This document shows positions 38,094 to 42,222 of a stretch of 42,222 nt of DNA, piece by piece; the first letter of the stretch is position 1, and each line of letters opens with the position of its first letter. The position numbers and the translations under genes are program-made. The notes beneath the pieces are model-generated. The model was not told where the DNA came from. It saw only the letters and a program-made list of their open reading frames with translations, and ran no database searches. The DNA comes from an uncultured Actinomyces sp. (GTDB taxonomy: Bacteria; Actinomycetota; Actinomycetes; S36-B12): contig CAZLMT010000007.1 in assembly GCA_964560615.1 (NCBI GenBank), positions 1 through 42,222 of the forward strand. The letters run 5' to 3'.

Positions 38094-39259
38094 TGGCTCC
38101 CTCGGTCTGGGATTCCCTCATCGGCCAGGACGCGGTTGTCGAGGAACTCGCCCATGCCGCTGCGGATCCCGCGGCCATGACCCACGCATGGCTCATCACC
38201 GGCCCGCCGGGGTCCGGGCGCTCGACGGCGGCAGTCGCCTTCGCGGCGGCGTTGCAGTGCCCGGATCATGGGTGCGGCACCTGCTCTATCTGCACCTCGG
38301 CCAGCGCGGGCACGCATCCCGATGTCGATCTCGTCCGCTCCGAGACTCTCAGCTACGGCGTTGACGATGCCCGCGAGTTGGTCCTGAGAGCAGCGGTCGT
38401 CCCCGCCGATGCACCGTGGCACATCGTCGTGATCGAGGACGCGGACCGCCTGACGGAGTCGGCCGTCAATGTCTTGCTCAAGGTGCTGGAGGAGCCACCT
38501 CCCCATCTGGTGTGGCTGCTGTGCGCGCCGAGCCCCGAGGATGTTCTCGCGACGATCCGGTCGCGCACGCGCTCACTGCATTTGCGGACTCCCTCGACGG
38601 CCGAGGTAGCCGAGGCGCTGCGCGATCGCTACGCGGTCGATCCCGCCATGGCCGCCTTCGCGGCTCGCGCCTCGCAGGGTCATATCGGCCGGGCGCGGGC
38701 CCTCGCGACCGACGACGAAGCGCGGCGTCGACGTCAGGATGTCCTGCGCATCCCCTCGGGGCTGCGCGATCTCAGCTCCTGCTTCGTCGCGGCCGAGGAG
38801 CTCCTCGCCATGGCCACGGAGGATGCCGCGAGCATCACGGACTCCCTCGATGTCGCGGAGGAGGAGTCCCTGATGCGGGCCTACGGCTTGGGTGCCGAGG
38901 GCATCACGAAGACGCGGCTCGACAAGCTCGCCGAACGTGCGCTTAAGGACCTTCGCAAGGTCCAGGCGAGTCGCCGCAAGCGTGCGGTGCGCGACCAACT
39001 GGATCGAGCACTCGTCGATCTGATCACGTACTACCGCGATGTGCTCGTGCTCCAGCTCGACGCGGGTGTGCCGCTCGTCAACGACGAGATGCGCACCCAG
39101 CTCACCCAGGAGGCGGCGACGAGCACGGCGACGGACACTGGTCGGCGCCTCGACGCGATCGAGCGTGGCCGGCTTGCGGTGCAGGCCAACGGCGCGCTGC
39201 CGTTGGTGCTGGAGGGCATGTTTGTGGAGGTCAAGGACCCGCTGGTGCGGGTCCGCTAG
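38093..39259 (+). CDS. holB: DNA polymerase III subunit delta'
   Basis: ATG at 38093 lies in frame in track ORF 37949-39259. Walker A is GPPGSGRS, the zinc module is CPDHGCGTCSIC, and the sensor motif is IRSRTRSL. Confidence 0.88.
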   Translation: MAPSVWDSLIGQDAVVEELAHAAADPAAMTHAWLITGPPGSGRSTAAVAFAAALQCPDHGCGTCSICTSASAGTHPDVDLVRSETLSYGVDDARELVLRAAVVPADAPWHIVVIEDADRLTESAVNVLLKVLEEPPPHLVWLLCAPSPEDVLATIRSRTRSLHLRTPSTAEVAEALRDRYAVDPAMAAFAARASQGHIGRARALATDDEARRRRQDVLRIPSGLRDLSSCFVAAEELLAMATEDAASITDSLDVAEEESLMRAYGLGAEGITKTRLDKLAERALKDLRKVQASRRKRAVRDQLDRALVDLITYYRDVLVLQLDAGVPLVNDEMRTQLTQEAATSTATDTGRRLDAIERGRLAVQANGALPLVLEGMFVEVKDPLVRVR

Positions 39260-39289
39260 CAGGGTGACCCGCTGGTGCGGGTCCGCTAG
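39236..39289. repeat. 24-nt perfect direct repeat (period 30) duplicating the holB C-terminal codons plus stop; each copy is a 7-bp hairpin
   Basis: gacccgctggtgcgggtccgctag occurs at 39236-39259 and again at 39266-39289. Within each copy, gacccgc pairs with gcgggtc around the loop tggt. The ctag of the second copy supplies the stop of the convergent gene at 39286-39288. Confidence 0.9.
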
Positions 39290-40128
39290 GAGTTCGCGGC
39301 GCGCTGGAGGCCGTGCGTGTAGGCGGTGAGCCCCTCGAGTGCGGGGGCCAGCACCTCATCGGTGCCTCGCGTGACGTCGGGGGCGGCCAGCATCGTCGCC
39401 GAGGCGGCGATGAGGCGTTCGTACGTCGCGCACCCTGTGGCCAGTCGTTCGCGGACTTCGACGGCGGCGGACGTGGCGGCGGCTTCCGCCTGGGTGCCTG
39501 CCATCTCGACGCGGATCCCGTGCAGCACGACGAGTCGGTCCACCAGGGCATGCAACTGCGGGGCAGCCTCGAGATCGGCGCGACGCAGGTCAGATGCGGC
39601 ACCGGGATGGAGTCGCTCGATGGCGGGGATCACCTGGGCGAGCTGGAGTCGCAGTGACGTGAGTCGCTGCGACTGCTCGGCGCCGATCGCGTCGGGGGGC
39701 ACGACCACGGGGGGGAGCGGCACGGCATCGACGCGCGGTGCGGTCGGGAGCTGCGCGCGCTTGCGCCGCGCCACCGCTGCGGTGATGCCCCCACCTGCGG
39801 CGAGTGCGATCCAGATCCATGCAGGCCCGTAGACCCCTGCTGTCGCGGTCGTGCTCTCGATGACGATGTCGAGCACGCCGAGCGTGCCTGCCACTCCCGC
39901 GACAGCCACGCCACCGGTGACCTCGTTGTTGAGCGTCCTCTCGCGGCGCTGATGGCGTCGCAGTGCGCGCTGCTGCTCAGCGAGTTGCCGATCATGCTCA
40001 GCCCGCAGTGCCCGGGCCTGTGCACTGGGGCGCTGGGCCCTCGCCTGCTTCCACGCATCGACCACGTCCATGCCCCGGGCAATGCCCGCCTGCACGACGC
40101 GGGCGAATTGGTCGCGGTCGCTGGCCAT
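39286..40128 (-). CDS. hypothetical membrane protein (two TM helices flanked by helical/coiled-coil regions)
   Basis: 280 aa with an ATG start. The N-terminal part is Arg/Gln-rich and helical. Two adjacent hydrophobic helices follow (GGVAVAGVAGTLGVL and WIWIALAAGGGITAAV), then a helical C-terminal domain. I do not recognise the family. Confidence 0.6.
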   Translation of the reverse strand: MASDRDQFARVVQAGIARGMDVVDAWKQARAQRPSAQARALRAEHDRQLAEQQRALRRHQRRERTLNNEVTGGVAVAGVAGTLGVLDIVIESTTATAGVYGPAWIWIALAAGGGITAAVARRKRAQLPTAPRVDAVPLPPVVVPPDAIGAEQSQRLTSLRLQLAQVIPAIERLHPGAASDLRRADLEAAPQLHALVDRLVVLHGIRVEMAGTQAEAAATSAAVEVRERLATGCATYERLIAASATMLAAPDVTRGTDEVLAPALEGLTAYTHGLQRAANS

Positions 40129-40194
40129 GTACCCACGTTACGCCGCCCCCGCCCCGCATGGCATCCGCGCCCGGAGCGCACGTAGCCTCCCAGG

Positions 40195-41673
40195 GTGGGT
40201 GGGCTGGTGCGGGCGATGGGAGCAGTGGTGCTCACCGGGGCCCTCGCAGCATGCAGCGCTCCGGCGGCATCGCCGTCCACGCCGGCCCCGACTCCGAGCC
40301 CGCCGACCCCGGACCTCGCGCGCTACTACGACCAGCAACTGGCGTGGACTGACTGCGATGGCTTCGAGTGCGCGTCGCTCGAGGTCCCCGTCGACTACGC
40401 CGACCCCGACGGGGGCTCGCTCGCGATCGCGGTGCTTCGCAGCCCGTCGGCGGGCGAGGCGCGCGGCGCACTGGTGGTCAACCCGGGCGGTCCTGGCTCG
40501 AGCGGAGTCGCCTACGCGCGCGCAGCGAGCGCTGTGGTCACCGACGAGGTGCGTGACGCTTTCGATGTCGTCGGATTCGACCCGCGAGGCGTCGGTGCGT
40601 CAGCTCCGGTCGACTGCGCCAGCGATGCCGACTTCGACCGGCTGATCTCCGTCGATGGCACGCCCGATACTCCCGCTGAGGTGACCGGGCTGGAGCGTGC
40701 GAGCGCGATCCTCGAGTGCACTTCCCCGGTCGAGGGACTCCTCGAGCACATGTCGACCGCCGATGCGGCACGTGATCTCGATGTGCTGCGCGCCGCGCTC
40801 GGCCAGGACCGACTGGACTACCTGGGGGTGTCCTACGGCACGCATCTCGGCGCGACGTATGCCGCGCTCTACCCCCAGCGGGTCGGCCGATTTGTGCTCG
40901 ACGGGCCGCTGCCCGCGGATCTCGATGCGGAGGAGCTCACCCTCGGCCAGGCCCTGGGATTCGAGGGCGCGCTTGCCCGCTTCGTGGAGTACTGCGCGGA
41001 CGCGGGCGGATGCCCGCTCGGTGATGACCTGGATGCTGGACTGGCCCGATTGCGTGCACTGCTCGACGATCTCGACGCCATGCCGGCGCCCACGAGCGAC
41101 CCCGATCGCCCGCTCACGGAGGCGGCGGCGACCTACGCCATCCTCATGTCGCTCTATCGCGTCGGCGACCGCCCGCGCCTGCTGGATGCACTCGCGTCAC
41201 TGGCCGCGGGGGATGGCACCCCGCTGCAGCTCATGCTCGACGAGCGCGTCGGCCGCCAACCCGATGGCAGCTATCGCGACAACGCCGTTGGCGCCTTCTA
41301 CGCGATCTCAGGCCGCGATCGCGAGGCTCCCACCGACTTCCCTGCCTCCGTCGAGCGCCTGTCGGCGGCTGCGCCCGTGCTGGGTGAGTACCTCGCGTGG
41401 GGCAACCTGCCCTGCGCGGGCTCGGAGGTGGAGGAGCCACCGGTGCCGGCGAGCGCGGCCCCCGCGATGCTGGTCGTCGCCACGACGCATGATCCGGCGA
41501 CGCCCTTCGCGTGGGCGGAGGTCCTTGTCGCGCAGCTCGGCGACGCGGTGCTTCTCGTGCGCGAGGGGGATGGCCACACCGCCTATCGCGAGGGATCGGC
41601 GTGCATCGATGAGGCGGTCGATGCCTTCTTCCTCGACGGCACTCTGCCCGAGCCCGGCACCGTCTGCGACTAG
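40195..41673 (+). CDS. secreted lipoprotein, alpha/beta hydrolase of the tripeptidyl-aminopeptidase (S33, TAP-like) type
   Basis: 492 aa. The signal peptide has the lipobox LAAC. The nucleophile elbow is GVSYGTHLG. The C-terminal part has DGHT and a conserved Cys pair typical of TAP-like proteases. Confidence 0.8.
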   Translation: MGGLVRAMGAVVLTGALAACSAPAASPSTPAPTPSPPTPDLARYYDQQLAWTDCDGFECASLEVPVDYADPDGGSLAIAVLRSPSAGEARGALVVNPGGPGSSGVAYARAASAVVTDEVRDAFDVVGFDPRGVGASAPVDCASDADFDRLISVDGTPDTPAEVTGLERASAILECTSPVEGLLEHMSTADAARDLDVLRAALGQDRLDYLGVSYGTHLGATYAALYPQRVGRFVLDGPLPADLDAEELTLGQALGFEGALARFVEYCADAGGCPLGDDLDAGLARLRALLDDLDAMPAPTSDPDRPLTEAAATYAILMSLYRVGDRPRLLDALASLAAGDGTPLQLMLDERVGRQPDGSYRDNAVGAFYAISGRDREAPTDFPASVERLSAAAPVLGEYLAWGNLPCAGSEVEEPPVPASAAPAMLVVATTHDPATPFAWAEVLVAQLGDAVLLVREGDGHTAYREGSACIDEAVDAFFLDGTLPEPGTVCD

Positions 41674-41682
41674 GGTCTGCCC

Positions 41683-42222
41683 ATGTCGTACGCCGCTCCG
41701 CAGGGCCCCGTCGCACCCGCGATCGACGTGCGCTCCGACACGGTCACGCATCCGACGGCCGCGATGCGCACCGCGATGGCTGAGGCTCCGGTTGGCGACG
41801 ATGTCTTCGGTGACGACCCCACGATCCTGGCCCTCGAAGCGCGCGCGGCTGATCTGCTCGGCAAGGAGGCCGCGCTCTTCGTGCCCTCCGGGACCATGGG
41901 CAATCTCGTCAGCCTCATGGCGCATGTGCCGCGTGGTGGCGAGATCATCGCCCCCGCCGAGTCGCATGTCTTCAACGACGAGGCGGCCAACTACGCGGTC
42001 GTCGCGGGGGCCGGTATGCGGCCGATTGCTGAGACTCCTGACGGTGAGATGCCCATCGAAGCCGTCGTCGGGGCGATCCAGGACGCGAGTGACCCGCACT
42101 GCCCCATCACGAGCCTCGTCGTGGTGGAGAACTGCCACGCACACACGATGAGCCGGCCGATCGTGCCGGGTTACGTCGCGCGGCTGCGGGCGGCGCTGCC
42201 CCCGGGGCTGCCGATCCATATT
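41683..42222 (+). CDS. ltaE: low-specificity L-threonine aldolase, N-terminal fragment (runs off the right edge)
   Basis: Not in the ORF track because no stop lies in the window. From ATG 41683 it reads MSYAAPQGPVAPAIDVRSDTVTHPTAAMRTAMAEAPVGDDVFGDDPTILALEARAADLLGKEAALFVPSGTMGNLV... The pattern DxRSDTVT...VGDDV.G.DPT...LE...GKEAALF.PSGTM.N is the beta-eliminating lyase / threonine aldolase N-terminus. Confidence 0.8.
   Translation, partial: MSYAAPQGPVAPAIDVRSDTVTHPTAAMRTAMAEAPVGDDVFGDDPTILALEARAADLLGKEAALFVPSGTMGNLVSLMAHVPRGGEIIAPAESHVFNDEAANYAVVAGAGMRPIAETPDGEMPIEAVVGAIQDASDPHCPITSLVVVENCHAHTMSRPIVPGYVARLRAALPPGLPIHI

Overview
This is a very GC-rich actinobacterial chromosomal segment. The evidence is frequent GTG starts, GC-biased third codon positions, a WhiB-family gene and the actinobacterial Tad 'helicase/secretion neighbourhood'. 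The order cannot be determined from the sequence alone. No mobile element, CRISPR array, rRNA or compositional island is visible.

The window is densely coding. I support 43 protein genes, of which two are truncated at the window edges and one is a 52-aa gene; none of these three is in the ORF track. There is also one tRNA-Pro. At least 12 gene junctions use ATGA, GTGA or TGATG stop/start overlaps.

The backbone matches the conserved core block that, from memory, runs about Rv3683 to Rv3644c in Mycobacterium tuberculosis:
- metallophosphoesterase, YqeY, class A PBP, whiB4
- two ArsA/Get3-like ATPases, DUF4177, RidA, NUDIX, MBL hydrolase
- crp, nth, NUDIX, marP, EphE-like hydrolase, acs
- HAD-IB phosphatase, then ssd-tadA-tadB-tadC-flp-tadE-tadE pilus genes
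- DEAH/DUF1998 helicase, topA, holB

Several genes look lineage-specific relative to that backbone:
- nhaA and a holin-X-like protein
- a secreted CE4-like protein
- a degenerate Fido-like ORF
- a FUSC-like protein followed by two tandem paralogous single-pass membrane proteins
- hppA
- a secreted beta-propeller-like protein encoded antisense in the middle of the tad operon

The observations I rate highest are:
1. The tad operon is split by that antisense surface-protein gene.
2. A four-gene operon runs HAD, FUSC, paralog, paralog and has no recognisable function.
3. Short tandem duplications of 19-35 bp recur exactly at convergent gene ends. They usually duplicate the stop codon and last codons, and in one case do so in frame.
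4. An EphE-like hydrolase has glycine at the nucleophile position.
5. Unusual structured or repeated non-coding spacers lie downstream of whiB4 and of the MBL hydrolase.

Nothing here can be called a new system from sequence alone. All family assignments come from motif recognition and recalled synteny, not from searches.
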